Shown here: one piece after another, positions 27,953 through 37,344 of the stretch
Position numbering within the stretch: the stretch's first letter is position 1
How the letters are laid out: the number at the start of each line of letters is the position of its first letter
NCBI GenBank assembly: GCA_050633305.1
Contig: JBOEGF010000014.1
Location: 128,001-192,000 of the forward strand
Source: Nannocystales bacterium
GTDB lineage: Bacteria; Myxococcota_A; Polyangia; Nannocystales; Nannocystaceae
Length of the DNA stretch: 64,000 nt
Reading direction: 5' to 3'
The notes under the pieces: generated by a model
Database searches by the model: none
What the model saw: the letters and a program-made list of their open reading frames with translations, nothing else
What the model was told of the DNA's origin: nothing
Translations under genes and position numbers: made by a program

Positions 27953-28477
27953 TTGTCTAATCCGAGTTCTCAGGACGAGATCAATCCGTACGCTCCGCCG
28001 GGCATGCCGGAGCGTACGGCACAGACGTTGACCGACAAGGAGAGCAACGCGCTTCGAACGGCGGGGAGAGGCCGCGCGGCGACGCTCAAGGCCGTCGCCG
28101 TACTCCACTATGCCAAAGCCGTCGCATTGCTGTTGACCTCTATCGGTGGCTTTTCCACGGTCATTCGAGGGCAGTATGCGATTGGCGCCATCATGATCGC
28201 AACGGGGTTTGGGCTCGCACTCATTCCGTTTCTTGCGGCGCGCTGGCTGTTTCGCCTGCGCCCGAAGGGCCGGATCATCGCGACCGCGTTGGCTGCAGTC
28301 GAATTCGCGGCACTGGTCTGGCGGGCCGTGGCGGCGCCAGCAAGCGAGTCGATGGCAGAGACTGGGGCCAGCACGGTCGTTGGTGCCTTGTTCGTGCTCG
28401 CGGTCCTTTGGGTGCTGTGGAGCCCGCCTTCGGCGACGGTGTTTAGCCAGCGCTTCCGCGATGCAGCGATGCCGTGA
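27953..28477 (+). CDS. membrane protein (about 4 TM) with N-terminal NPYAPP motif
   Basis: Four hydrophobic segments; INPYAPP; starts 2 nt after copy 5. Confidence 0.7.
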   Translation: MSNPSSQDEINPYAPPGMPERTAQTLTDKESNALRTAGRGRAATLKAVAVLHYAKAVALLLTSIGGFSTVIRGQYAIGAIMIATGFGLALIPFLAARWLFRLRPKGRIIATALAAVEFAALVWRAVAAPASESMAETGASTVVGALFVLAVLWVLWSPPSATVFSQRFRDAAMP

Positions 28478-28546
28478 CGAACACGCGCGGACGGTCGCGT
28501 TACGTCGGGAACGTACCGCTGCAGCGGTGGCTTGCCGTAGTCTGCT

Positions 28547-29062
28547 CTAGTCGTTGATGGTGACTTTGACCATCTTCACGGGCGTTCGGGGTCGGTCGTT
28601 GCCGTCGGTCGATGTCGTGCCGATGCTGTTGACGACGTCCATCCCGCTGACGATCTTGCCGAACACCGGGTGCTTGGAGTTGCCCGGGGTGAAGAAGTCC
28701 AAGAAGTCGTTGTGCTTAGTGTTGATGAAGAACTGGGAGCTGCCGCTCCCGGGTCGGCCGGTGTTGGCCATCGACAGGGTGCCGACTTCGTTGGAGAGCT
28801 TGTGTTCGGCGGGATGCTCATCGGGGATGCATCCATCGGGGCCGTCGCCAGTCCCGGCACGAGACGAGTTGGGGTCGCGGCTGTGGGGGCAGCCGAACTG
28901 AATCATGAATCCGTCGATGACCCGGTGGAAGTGCAGTCCGTCGTAGAAGCCGCTCTTCGCGAGTTTCACGAAGTTGGAGGCCGTGATCGGCATCTCGTCG
29001 GTGAACAGCTCCACTTCGAAGGAGCCCATGGACGTTTCCAAGGTGGCGGTGGGATTGGCCAT
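28547..29062 (-). CDS. peptidyl-prolyl cis-trans isomerase, cyclophilin type
   Basis: [48 protein letters not shown]. Confidence 0.95.
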   Translation of the reverse strand: MANPTATLETSMGSFEVELFTDEMPITASNFVKLAKSGFYDGLHFHRVIDGFMIQFGCPHSRDPNSSRAGTGDGPDGCIPDEHPAEHKLSNEVGTLSMANTGRPGSGSSQFFINTKHNDFLDFFTPGNSKHPVFGKIVSGMDVVNSIGTTSTDGNDRPRTPVKMVKVTIND

Positions 29063-29111
29063 GCCGCACGAGTATCAAGCTCGCGGCGCGCCGTCACGGC
29101 CGGGCGCGCGT

Positions 29112-29711
29112 TCACGGAGACCAGCGGGCCACAAACTCACACCGATCGTGACCTTCGTAGCGACAGCGGACGTGTTCGACTGTCCCGCCGGTTCCTGACA
29201 GCTCGAGGCCGCGCTGTAGCCAGGGGCCGGGACCGTTCGCGCAGGTCAGCGCGCCAGCGGTCTGGGTCTCGTCGGCGCGGTCGGTGAGCCAGAGTCGCCA
29301 GTGCCCCGCGGCCTCCTGTTTTGCGCCGAAGACCCCGCTGTCGAAGTAGCGCTTCCACAAGAAGCCGGTGCGCTTGAGCATGAACTCGGGAGACCCGAGC
29401 TTGAGTACGATCCGCACCAGTGTGTTCAGCTCGCGTTCGCCGAGGTCGGCGCAGAACAGAGCCATACCTTCGTTGGGATCTGTGTACTGTTGGCTGAAGA
29501 AGTCGCGGACGATCGTGTTCCATGCTGCGATGGGCTGCCAGCTCGAGGCGAGGATGATGCCGTTGAAGAGCTCCTGTTCGCGCTCGCCAGTGCTGACGAG
29601 TGCTGCATCCCACGCGCCTTGGCCGTGCTTCTCCACCGCCCACCGCTCCAGGTGGTTGAAGAGCAACCCCTTGGCTCGGCCACCGGGGGCGTGGAGTTCG
29701 TCGCGGCTCAT
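29112..29711 (-). CDS. hypothetical protein, HNOB/V4R-like ligand-binding fold (myxobacterial DUF2378-like)
   Basis: AKGLLF...HGQGAWD, SPEFMLKR...LWKRYFDSG, HVRCRYEGHDRCEFVARW. Confidence 0.65.
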   Translation of the reverse strand: MSRDELHAPGGRAKGLLFNHLERWAVEKHGQGAWDAALVSTGEREQELFNGIILASSWQPIAAWNTIVRDFFSQQYTDPNEGMALFCADLGERELNTLVRIVLKLGSPEFMLKRTGFLWKRYFDSGVFGAKQEAAGHWRLWLTDRADETQTAGALTCANGPGPWLQRGLELSGTGGTVEHVRCRYEGHDRCEFVARWSP

Positions 29712-29723
29712 GGGGGCACAGTC

Positions 29724-31166
29724 TCAGAACTGAACGCTGGATGCGATGCTATCCACCGGAACATAGGCAGGGACGCCCTGGGCCTCGAGTGTGGACTCCA
29801 GCGTGATGAGGTCGTTTCGAAGTTGGGTATTGGCTTGACGCAATCGGGGGCTGCTGAAGCCGTAGTCGATGTCCAAGAGCCTCTCGGTCACGTAGGGGCG
29901 AAAGAACATCAGCTTGCACATTCGGTAGTTGAAGTTGTCCCCCGAGGTCATGAGTGTACGCAGATCGGGGGCGTCTTGCTGGTCGAGGGAAGGGAGCGTT
30001 GTGTGCAACCGGAAGGGAACCTCGCGTTCGTTGACCGCTCCGTAGATGAAGTGGTCGGCCGAATGCGACACGGCGACGTCGAGCACGATGCTGGTGAGGG
30101 CGCGCGCCAGTGGGTCCGCGTCGTAGATTTGGGTGGCGTCGGGGAAACCCGGGAGCCAGCGTGCGCAATAGCCGGCCCAGCGAGACACCGCGTCGCTGGG
30201 TTGCGCGACGACCTCGTCGGCGACCTCGCGGATGAACTTCAGGAGGACTCGGTGGTAGTGCCCGAGGAAGTCGCCGTAGGGCGAGTGGATGACGGGGGCG
30301 TCGAGGTTGAGCTTGTAGGTTGGGTAGGCCTGGTTCGGTGTGCCGTCCGGGTGCTTGAAGCCGCGCCACAACGTGGCGACGACCTCGTCATGCTCCGCTT
30401 GGGTGCCCGGATAGGGGGAGTACAGCCGCCCCGGTTTGAGCACGGTCTGAGTGCCGTAGAGAACGGCGTAGTTGACCGCCAGTGCGAGTCGGAAATGTGG
30501 CCGTAGAAACTTGGAGAGCGTGCTGCTGGCGGGGAGCCTCGAGCGGGTGATCGCGTCCACGCAGTTGCTCGGAAAGTGCAGCTTCGGGTGCATGAGCAGG
30601 GTCGTGAGCACGCCCGCGCCCTGAAGTGCGAAGTACTTCGCGCGAGTCCACGCCCCTTCGTGGCTGGCATCGAAAACCTGGTCGTGGACCGCGATCGCGA
30701 CCAACTCGTAGGTGAGGTCCTCGCCGCGCCTGAAGAGCACGACACTGGGCGCCGTCGCACTGTCCGCGTCGCTTCGGATGAGGCGCATCGGCGTGAAATC
30801 ACTCTTGAACCATCCCGCACCATCCCCGAGGCCCGGACCCTTGTCGCCGCTGAGGTAGTCCGCAAACAGGGCGTTGTCGGGCGGGTCGAAGAGCGACTGC
30901 GGCGTGAGGAACTTCGAGAAAATGCCGTCGCAGAGGATCTCGCAGAACCGGATGTCGTCGACGGGCACGGCGCCGGGATTGCGGCGCGACCACAGCCACG
31001 TCGGGACCGTATCCAGGAGAACTTGTTTGATGTAGCGGCGTCCGACGTGCTTGTTCCAGTCCTTCTGCACGTCGTCGGGGACATGCAGCACCGCGGGTGC
31101 CGCGTCCTCGAAAAAGCGGGGCGCCGGCTGTGGCCACGGACCGAATCCCTCTGGTTGTTTCGCCAT
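29724..31166 (-). CDS. lipoxygenase-like protein
   Basis: WTRAKYF...HPKLHF...AITRSRLP...KFLRPHFRLALAVN, HSADH and C-terminal IASSVQF mirror LOX motifs (W..AK, H..H, LL.PHF...IN, HxxxN/H, I.NS.SI); AGGAGG RBS. Confidence 0.7.
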   Translation of the reverse strand: MAKQPEGFGPWPQPAPRFFEDAAPAVLHVPDDVQKDWNKHVGRRYIKQVLLDTVPTWLWSRRNPGAVPVDDIRFCEILCDGIFSKFLTPQSLFDPPDNALFADYLSGDKGPGLGDGAGWFKSDFTPMRLIRSDADSATAPSVVLFRRGEDLTYELVAIAVHDQVFDASHEGAWTRAKYFALQGAGVLTTLLMHPKLHFPSNCVDAITRSRLPASSTLSKFLRPHFRLALAVNYAVLYGTQTVLKPGRLYSPYPGTQAEHDEVVATLWRGFKHPDGTPNQAYPTYKLNLDAPVIHSPYGDFLGHYHRVLLKFIREVADEVVAQPSDAVSRWAGYCARWLPGFPDATQIYDADPLARALTSIVLDVAVSHSADHFIYGAVNEREVPFRLHTTLPSLDQQDAPDLRTLMTSGDNFNYRMCKLMFFRPYVTERLLDIDYGFSSPRLRQANTQLRNDLITLESTLEAQGVPAYVPVDSIASSVQF

Positions 31167-31657
31167 CGCCGTCCCTCCTGGGTCGGTCACAACGATACCC
31201 CAACGAGGTGGGCGCGGCACAGGCGATCGTCGACGGTCGCTGGCCTCGGTTTCGGAGTCGGTGCAACGCTGCGTTCGATGGGCTTCCGCGGATCAACCGC
31301 GGGCGAGGGGGGGCCGTCGACGTCGGGGTCGACTCGCAGCCCCTTGCCCAGTTGGCGCCGGTGCCAACTGCCGAGCTGTCAACGGGGAACGGGCGGCGAC
31401 CTTGGCTCGCGGAAGCCCTCCCCGTACGCGCGGGGTGGCACAGGGGCGATGCCGCGACACTGCGGCACGCGGAACGACGCCGGGGAGGGCCGCTGCGTCG
31501 GCGTGAGTGCCGTGCCGCACAACCGACTCCGGGGACCGCCGCTGAGCCACCCAGGCAGGGATGCGTGAATCGGGCTCTCGCGGTCTCGCAGGGCATGTTG
31601 CGCACACGCGCGCTTCAAGGGGGTGAGGCCGCGGCGAGAGGGCTCTAGACTGACTCG

Positions 31658-33850
31658 ATGAGTCTCCCCGCGCCAGACATCAGGGCAACCGCGGCCGCAG
31701 AATTGTTGGGCCAGACCCTCTCGGGTCGTTTTCGGCTGGACTCGTTGCTCGGTCACGGCGCGATGGGAGCCGTGTTCAAAGCGCATCACCTCGGACTGCA
31801 CAAGGACGTTGCGCTCAAGCTCCTTCACCCCGAGCTCACGGCGAACGACGAGATGGTTGCGCGTTTCGATCGGGAGGCGGCCGCGGCGTCTCGCCTCGAC
31901 CATCCCAACTGCGTTCGCACGATGGACTTCGGGTCGACCGAGGACGGGCGCCGCTACCTCGTGATGGAGTTCCTCGAGGGGAAGGATCTGGCGGACATCG
32001 TCTTGGAACCGATGCCGCCGTTTCGCGTGGTGGACCTGATTCTTCAGGTGTTGGAGGGCCTCGCGCACGCCCACGCGCAGGGCCTCGTTCACCGTGACAT
32101 CAAGAATGAGAACATCTTCGTCCTCGGCGGTGAGAGTGGCGAGCAAGTCAAGTTGCTGGACTTCGGCATCGCAAAGGTCAGCCATGGGGCGGGGGCCGGG
32201 CAGCTCACGCAGGCGGGCATCATCTTTGGGACTCCCCACTACATGAGCCCGGAGCAGGCGCGTGGCGAGAAGGCCGATGCGCGGAGCGACTTGTACTCGC
32301 TTGGCATCGTGATGCACTCGATGCTTGCGGGGGACCTTCCGTTCCATGGGGACGACGCGCTGGCGATCCTGCGCGGGCAGATCTCGGAGGAGCCCCCGAA
32401 GCTCCCCGATTCTGTCCCGGGCTCGCTGCGTCATTTCGTCAGGCAGTTGCTGGCGAAACAGCCCGAGGAGCGCTTCACGGATGCGGCGGCCGCGATCGCC
32501 GCGCTGAAGCGGGCCGCTTCACCGACCGAGCGCTCGGCCAAGTCGAAGCTGCCACCACCTCCGGAGTTCGACCTACGGGGACAGAGCATGGAGCGGACGG
32601 AAACACACTCGTTGGCGGACACCGAGGCCGACGAGGCTGCGGACGAGCCCATCGAGCTGCCTCAGCAGGCGGAGGTTGCGTTGCTCAAGGCTGAAGGGCC
32701 CGATTCCGACTCCGGCTCGGCCCTGGAACTCGTCGAACTGGAGCCGGAAGAAGAGCCGGGAGAGGAGTCTGAGAGCTCTGCCTCCGCACCTCCGCCTGCC
32801 TCCGCTGGGACGCGCGATACGGATGCCGAGGACACATCCACGACAATACACTCCGTTCCTGGGTCGGAGCGGCCGCCGTGGCTTCTGCCGGCCGTCGGCG
32901 TCGGTGTGCTTGGCCTGTTTGTGCTGATTGTCGCAGCGTGGCCTGATGGCGACGAGGTCGAGAGCGAGTCCGAGGTCGCTGCCGCCGGAGCCTTCGAAAA
33001 TGGGGACGAGAAAGTCGCGGCCGTTTCGGAGGAGCCCGACCCGGTGCTGGTCGACGACGACACCCCTGACCCGGAGCCTGACACGGGCGATGGGGACACC
33101 CAGGTCCAATCCAAGCGCGCGCTTCGGGCCACCCTCGCGTCCGTCGATGCGCTCATCGAGTCCAAGAAGTACGACGCGGCCCGGATCACGATCGGCCCGC
33201 TGCTCGAGGTCTACGGTGACGAGCCGGAGCTGCACTGGCGGATGGGTGCAGTGCTCGTGGCGCTTGGACGCAAGGTCAACGCGGCTGCGGCCCTGGAAAG
33301 CTACCGGGCGGCGCTGTCCCTGAAGTCCGAGTTGCTCGACGATGAGGAGTTCTCGACGACGTTCTGGGACCTTCTCGACGACCCGCGGAACCGGGAGCTG
33401 GCTTCTCAGATCGCGGTGGAGCTGCTCGGCGAGCAGGGCCACGAGCGACTCGCGCGGTGGGTCAACGTACAGAAGAGCCCGCTGCCGTACGCGTTGCGTC
33501 AAACGGTGACCGAGCACCTGCGCGCCGCCGACCAGGGGGCTCGCATCAACGAGCCGTTGCAGACGGCGCTCGACCTGTGGCAGTCCAGCGCCGCCCAAGC
33601 ACCCTGCGAGGCTTTCACCGCCGCGCTCGAGGCTGCGACCGAGAACCCTGACAGCTACCTGCTGGGGACTCTGGCCGCGGTGAGTGTGCCCAAGACGGGT
33701 GAAAGCGACGAGCTGGTCGAGTGCCCGGGCCTTGCCGAGGCGCTCACGAGCGCGCGGGGCGACTACGCGCGGCGCTATGCCGGACTCGACCCGGCGGTCC
33801 CGGCCGCGTACGGCCGAAGGAAGTCCGCCGGGCGGAAGCGTCGGCGGTAG
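31658..33850 (+). CDS. membrane Ser/Thr protein kinase with helical (TPR-like) extracytoplasmic domain
   Basis: LGHGAMGAVF, VALKLL, HRDIKNEN, DFGIAK, GTPHYMSPEQ, DLYSLG; one TM segment. Confidence 0.95.
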   Translation: MSLPAPDIRATAAAELLGQTLSGRFRLDSLLGHGAMGAVFKAHHLGLHKDVALKLLHPELTANDEMVARFDREAAAASRLDHPNCVRTMDFGSTEDGRRYLVMEFLEGKDLADIVLEPMPPFRVVDLILQVLEGLAHAHAQGLVHRDIKNENIFVLGGESGEQVKLLDFGIAKVSHGAGAGQLTQAGIIFGTPHYMSPEQARGEKADARSDLYSLGIVMHSMLAGDLPFHGDDALAILRGQISEEPPKLPDSVPGSLRHFVRQLLAKQPEERFTDAAAAIAALKRAASPTERSAKSKLPPPPEFDLRGQSMERTETHSLADTEADEAADEPIELPQQAEVALLKAEGPDSDSGSALELVELEPEEEPGEESESSASAPPPASAGTRDTDAEDTSTTIHSVPGSERPPWLLPAVGVGVLGLFVLIVAAWPDGDEVESESEVAAAGAFENGDEKVAAVSEEPDPVLVDDDTPDPEPDTGDGDTQVQSKRALRATLASVDALIESKKYDAARITIGPLLEVYGDEPELHWRMGAVLVALGRKVNAAAALESYRAALSLKSELLDDEEFSTTFWDLLDDPRNRELASQIAVELLGEQGHERLARWVNVQKSPLPYALRQTVTEHLRAADQGARINEPLQTALDLWQSSAAQAPCEAFTAALEAATENPDSYLLGTLAAVSVPKTGESDELVECPGLAEALTSARGDYARRYAGLDPAVPAAYGRRKSAGRKRRR

Positions 33851-33916
33851 CGGGACGTCGTTGCGCCGCTGCCCCATGGACGGCGGAGCACGTCGTTCCT
33901 TGTTACAGTCCTCGCC

Positions 33917-34396
33917 GTGCCGGAACTGTTCTCGTCACCGGAGGGGAGCATCCTCATGGATGAGCGGTACTTTCCGATGGTCGTCCAGCGGTGGGAAGGT
34001 GCGCAGACGGTCGAGGTCGTGCGTGACCACTTCGACTACTCGATTCCCCTGTTGGAGCGCGCCCGCCGGGAGAAGGTTGCCATTTCTGTCGTACTGGACG
34101 CAGTCGACTCCATTCGCCCGACATCGACCGTGCGCAAGTACATCGCAGAGCGTGCGGACGACATCGCGGAGCAGTGGCCCGAACTTCTCAGGCCGTCCCG
34201 GGTTGTCATCCTGAGCGCGCCCTTGCGAGGCGTCATCACTGCGCTGGGCTGGCTTTCACGCGGAGCCCTTCAGCTCGCGTCCTACCCGAGTCGCCCCTCC
34301 GCGATTCGAGCAGGCATCGCCCATCTTGAGGCGGTGGGCTCGCCCGTCCCCGAAGGTTTGGATCCCAGTGGGTATGAGTTCCCCTGTGTGGACTGA
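33917..34396 (+). CDS. STAS/SEC14-like small protein
   Basis: FPMVVQRWEG...VVLDA...VVILSAPLRGVITALGWL; same pattern as 7783-8169. Confidence 0.65.
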   Translation: MPELFSSPEGSILMDERYFPMVVQRWEGAQTVEVVRDHFDYSIPLLERARREKVAISVVLDAVDSIRPTSTVRKYIAERADDIAEQWPELLRPSRVVILSAPLRGVITALGWLSRGALQLASYPSRPSAIRAGIAHLEAVGSPVPEGLDPSGYEFPCVD

Positions 34397-34416
34397 GCAG
34401 ACGCGGGCGATCGTCA

Positions 34417-34441
34417 GGCGCCGGGTTCGACTCCCGGCGCC
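34417..34441. terminator. GC-rich hairpin between convergent genes
   Basis: GGCGCCGGG-ttcgact-CCCGGCGCC, a perfect 9-bp stem. Confidence 0.55.
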
Positions 34442-34442
34442 G

Positions 34443-34931
34443 TTAGTCACGGGAGATGAGCTCGGTTGCCCGATCGTACAGCGACGATCGCTGTAGCGCG
34501 GCGTCGAAGCGATCGAGCGCCGCGATCACCCCATCGGCCTCTTTGTCGAGCTGCCGAGCGACGACTTCGAGTGCGTCCCACACCGCGGTGAGGCGGCTCC
34601 ACAACGCTCGGCCTTTCCGCGACATTCGTAGGTGACGCTTCCGCCTGTCCTGTGTGTCGGGCTTGGACACGACCAATCCGGCAAGCTCCAGAGAGCGCCG
34701 GGTTTGGCTCACCGAGGCATGGGTAATCCGAAGCGCCTTCGCGAGTTCGCTGACCGTCGCGGGGCCGCGCAGCGCCAACTGGTTCAGCACGCCGAACCAA
34801 CGTTGCTCGAACACCACACCGGCGTCGTCGTAGAGGCGGCCTGCATCGCGCTCGAGGAGTTCCGAGAGCCTGCGCAGCCGGGCGCCAACGGCCGCTTCGG
34901 TTCCATAGCCCGCACCGGTCTTCATCGCCAT
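34443..34931 (-). CDS. MarR family transcriptional regulator
   Basis: GARLRRLSE...FEQRWFGVL...TVSELAKALRITHASVSQT...DRRKRHLRMS; GGAGG RBS. Confidence 0.9.
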   Translation of the reverse strand: MAMKTGAGYGTEAAVGARLRRLSELLERDAGRLYDDAGVVFEQRWFGVLNQLALRGPATVSELAKALRITHASVSQTRRSLELAGLVVSKPDTQDRRKRHLRMSRKGRALWSRLTAVWDALEVVARQLDKEADGVIAALDRFDAALQRSSLYDRATELISRD

Positions 34932-35001
34932 CAGTCCTCCGAGGTTGACAGAAACGTAGGCGCCTACGCAATATGGGAACGCAGTCCGCGAGGAGTCGTC
35001 C

Positions 35002-36102
35002 GTGAGCGCATTAAAGTCATCTTCCGCCGCCCTCGCCTTCGTGATCTCGTGCGCGAGCCCCCCGCGAGGCGTTGAACACCATCGCGGGCACGAAGAGACG
35101 ACCGCCACGTACAACGACGTGGTTGAAGTGCTCGCGACGGAGCTCGAAGCCGCCTACGTCTTCCCGGACGTGGGTCGGCGGTACGCGGACGCCCTGCGCG
35201 GCCCGGAGTTTCGAGACGTCGTGCGAGATACGCCGCCGGGGAACCTGTCCAAGGTGCTGACAGCATACCTCCAAGGGATTCATGCGGACGCCCATCTGCG
35301 GGTCTGGGGCCCCGACACCGAAGCTGGGCCTACCCAAGCCGTGGCCCCTTCAGCGCCGACGCCGGGAGGTCTCGAAGCCGCGGTCTCCCTAACTCCACGG
35401 ATCGCCTACCTTCGTTTCAACCTGTTTCCGGGGGACGAAGACACGCTGAACCGGCTCTCGGAGTTTGTCCTGAACAACGCGGGAGTGGAGGTTCTGATCA
35501 TCGATGCACGCGGGCATCGGGGTGGGGGCCTGAGCGAGATGGACGCGCTCTTCGCAGAACTCTTCGCGGAGGAGACCACGCTTGTTGCCATGGACACTCG
35601 TCTCTCCGTTGACCGTGCGGGAGGATCTCCGATCACCGATGGCCCGACGGTTCGCCGCGTGGTTGCCCCGGACGAGGTCGTCCGGCGAGAGCATGTCGCG
35701 GTGCCATCGGCACAACCCCGGCTTGTGGACACCAAGCTCTACGTGCTGGTGTCGGGGTACACCGCCTCGGCCGCCGAGCACTTGGCACTGGCGGTGAAGC
35801 GGACGGAGCGCGGAATCGTCGTCGGGGAGGCGACCCGAGGCGGTGCCCACTTCGGAGGCACGACCGATCTCGGCGCGGGCTTCAGCGCCTTTGTTCCGGT
35901 TGGCCGCAGCTTTAACCCTGACACAGGCGAGGACTGGGAGGGGGTTGGTGTGGCCCCGGACACCGTTGCTCCCGCCCCACAGGCGTTGGTCGCCGCGCTG
36001 GTCGACCACGGTCTCTCTCCAGACGAAGCGAAGCGAATCGATGCCTCGGTGGCGTACGTTCCTCCCGAGTCTCCATCCCATCGTCCGGTCGGTGCGCTTT
36101 GA
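35002..36102 (+). CDS. S41 family peptidase
   Basis: IAYLRFNLF, LIIDARGHRGG, TASAAEHLA, VVGEATRGGAH, WEGVGVAPD. Confidence 0.9.
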   Translation: MSALKSSSAALAFVISCASPPRGVEHHRGHEETTATYNDVVEVLATELEAAYVFPDVGRRYADALRGPEFRDVVRDTPPGNLSKVLTAYLQGIHADAHLRVWGPDTEAGPTQAVAPSAPTPGGLEAAVSLTPRIAYLRFNLFPGDEDTLNRLSEFVLNNAGVEVLIIDARGHRGGGLSEMDALFAELFAEETTLVAMDTRLSVDRAGGSPITDGPTVRRVVAPDEVVRREHVAVPSAQPRLVDTKLYVLVSGYTASAAEHLALAVKRTERGIVVGEATRGGAHFGGTTDLGAGFSAFVPVGRSFNPDTGEDWEGVGVAPDTVAPAPQALVAALVDHGLSPDEAKRIDASVAYVPPESPSHRPVGAL

Positions 36103-36174
36103 TCCTGCGGCCGTCGTCACCGGGTCCCTCCTTTTTCTTTCACGAGAAGAGGCCGGGCCGGGAAACGGGGGGTG

Positions 36175-37308
36175 ATGACACGTCCGTCGATTCTCTTCGT
36201 AGCGTCTGTGGGGCTGCTGTGCAGCGCATGTGACGAGCTGGCCCCCGATCCGCAGCCCAAACCGTTGCCCGAACAGCAAGTCGAGACGCTTGAGGCGACG
36301 ATTGAGGAACTCGACAACGAGTTCGAAGGAATGGGAATCGCGCTCGCCGTTCGCACGGGGTCCGGGGCCCAATGGGCCGGGGCTCTCGGACTTCGAAACC
36401 TGCGGACCCCGTTGGAGGCCGGCGACGTCGCGCAGTTCGGCAGTGTCACCAAGACGGTCACCGCCACAGTCACGCTTCAGCTCGTTGAAGAGGGGCTTCT
36501 CTCTCTCGATGACACCATCGACACGTTCGGGATCGACCTCCCGCATGCCGACACGATCACGGTGCAGCAGCTACTCAGCCACCGCTCGGGCCTCTTCAAC
36601 TACACCGACGATGAGGCGTTCATGGCGTCCCTCGGCGAGACACCGCAAACGGCCGACGCGGTCTTCGACGTGGTCGACGACTATGAGCCTCTGTTTCCGC
36701 CCGGTGCGGCGTGGACGTACTCGAACACCAACTACATGGCGTTGGGCGTGATTCTCGAGAGCGTCACGGGGCAACCGCTCGAGGACATCTTCTACGCTCG
36801 CGTGTTCGGGCCGCTGGGAATGGAGGACACCGGGCTTACGGATCGAGATCCGATCCCCGGGCCCCTTGCGCACGGGTTCATGGAGGAGGATGGGGTGCTG
36901 GAGGATGTGACCTTCGCGTTCAACAAGAGGGCGCAAGGGCCCGATGGCGCGCTCTTCAGCACGTTGGACGACATGCTCACGTGGTCACACGCGCTGTACG
37001 GCGGTGAGCTGCTCGACCCGGAGACTCTGGAGGCCGTTGTCGCTCCGCGGTCGGCGGAGATCGTCAGTCCTGTCGCGGCCGCATACGGCTTCGAAGGCGG
37101 TGACTACGGCCTGGGCACGATCGTGCTCGAGGACGAGCTGCTCGGAGCTGTCTGGGGACACGCAGGCAACATTCGCGGGTACACGGCGTACGTCGGGTAC
37201 GTGCCAACACTCGACGTTGCGGTGGCGTTTTACACAACCCAAGACAGCGCCGATGGACTGGTCGCCGCACGCCAAATTGCGACCGCGCTCCACGACTTCG
37301 ATCGTTGA
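36175..37308 (+). CDS. serine hydrolase (beta-lactamase class C/peptidase S12), lipoprotein
   Basis: GSVTKT (SxxK), LLSHRSGL, YSNTNY, WGHAG; lipobox CSAC. Confidence 0.92.
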   Translation: MTRPSILFVASVGLLCSACDELAPDPQPKPLPEQQVETLEATIEELDNEFEGMGIALAVRTGSGAQWAGALGLRNLRTPLEAGDVAQFGSVTKTVTATVTLQLVEEGLLSLDDTIDTFGIDLPHADTITVQQLLSHRSGLFNYTDDEAFMASLGETPQTADAVFDVVDDYEPLFPPGAAWTYSNTNYMALGVILESVTGQPLEDIFYARVFGPLGMEDTGLTDRDPIPGPLAHGFMEEDGVLEDVTFAFNKRAQGPDGALFSTLDDMLTWSHALYGGELLDPETLEAVVAPRSAEIVSPVAAAYGFEGGDYGLGTIVLEDELLGAVWGHAGNIRGYTAYVGYVPTLDVAVAFYTTQDSADGLVAARQIATALHDFDR

Positions 37309-37344
37309 GCGCGGTTTGGCCGGCGGAGGGGGGCCGTCGGTGGA

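Noticed and set aside
31436..31452. TGGCAC...GC as a sigma-54 promoter upstream of the kinase
   Set aside because: The -24/-12 spacing is off by 2 nt.
34417..34445. tRNA gene
   Set aside because: Only a T-arm-like hairpin; the 46-bp intergenic space cannot hold a cloverleaf.
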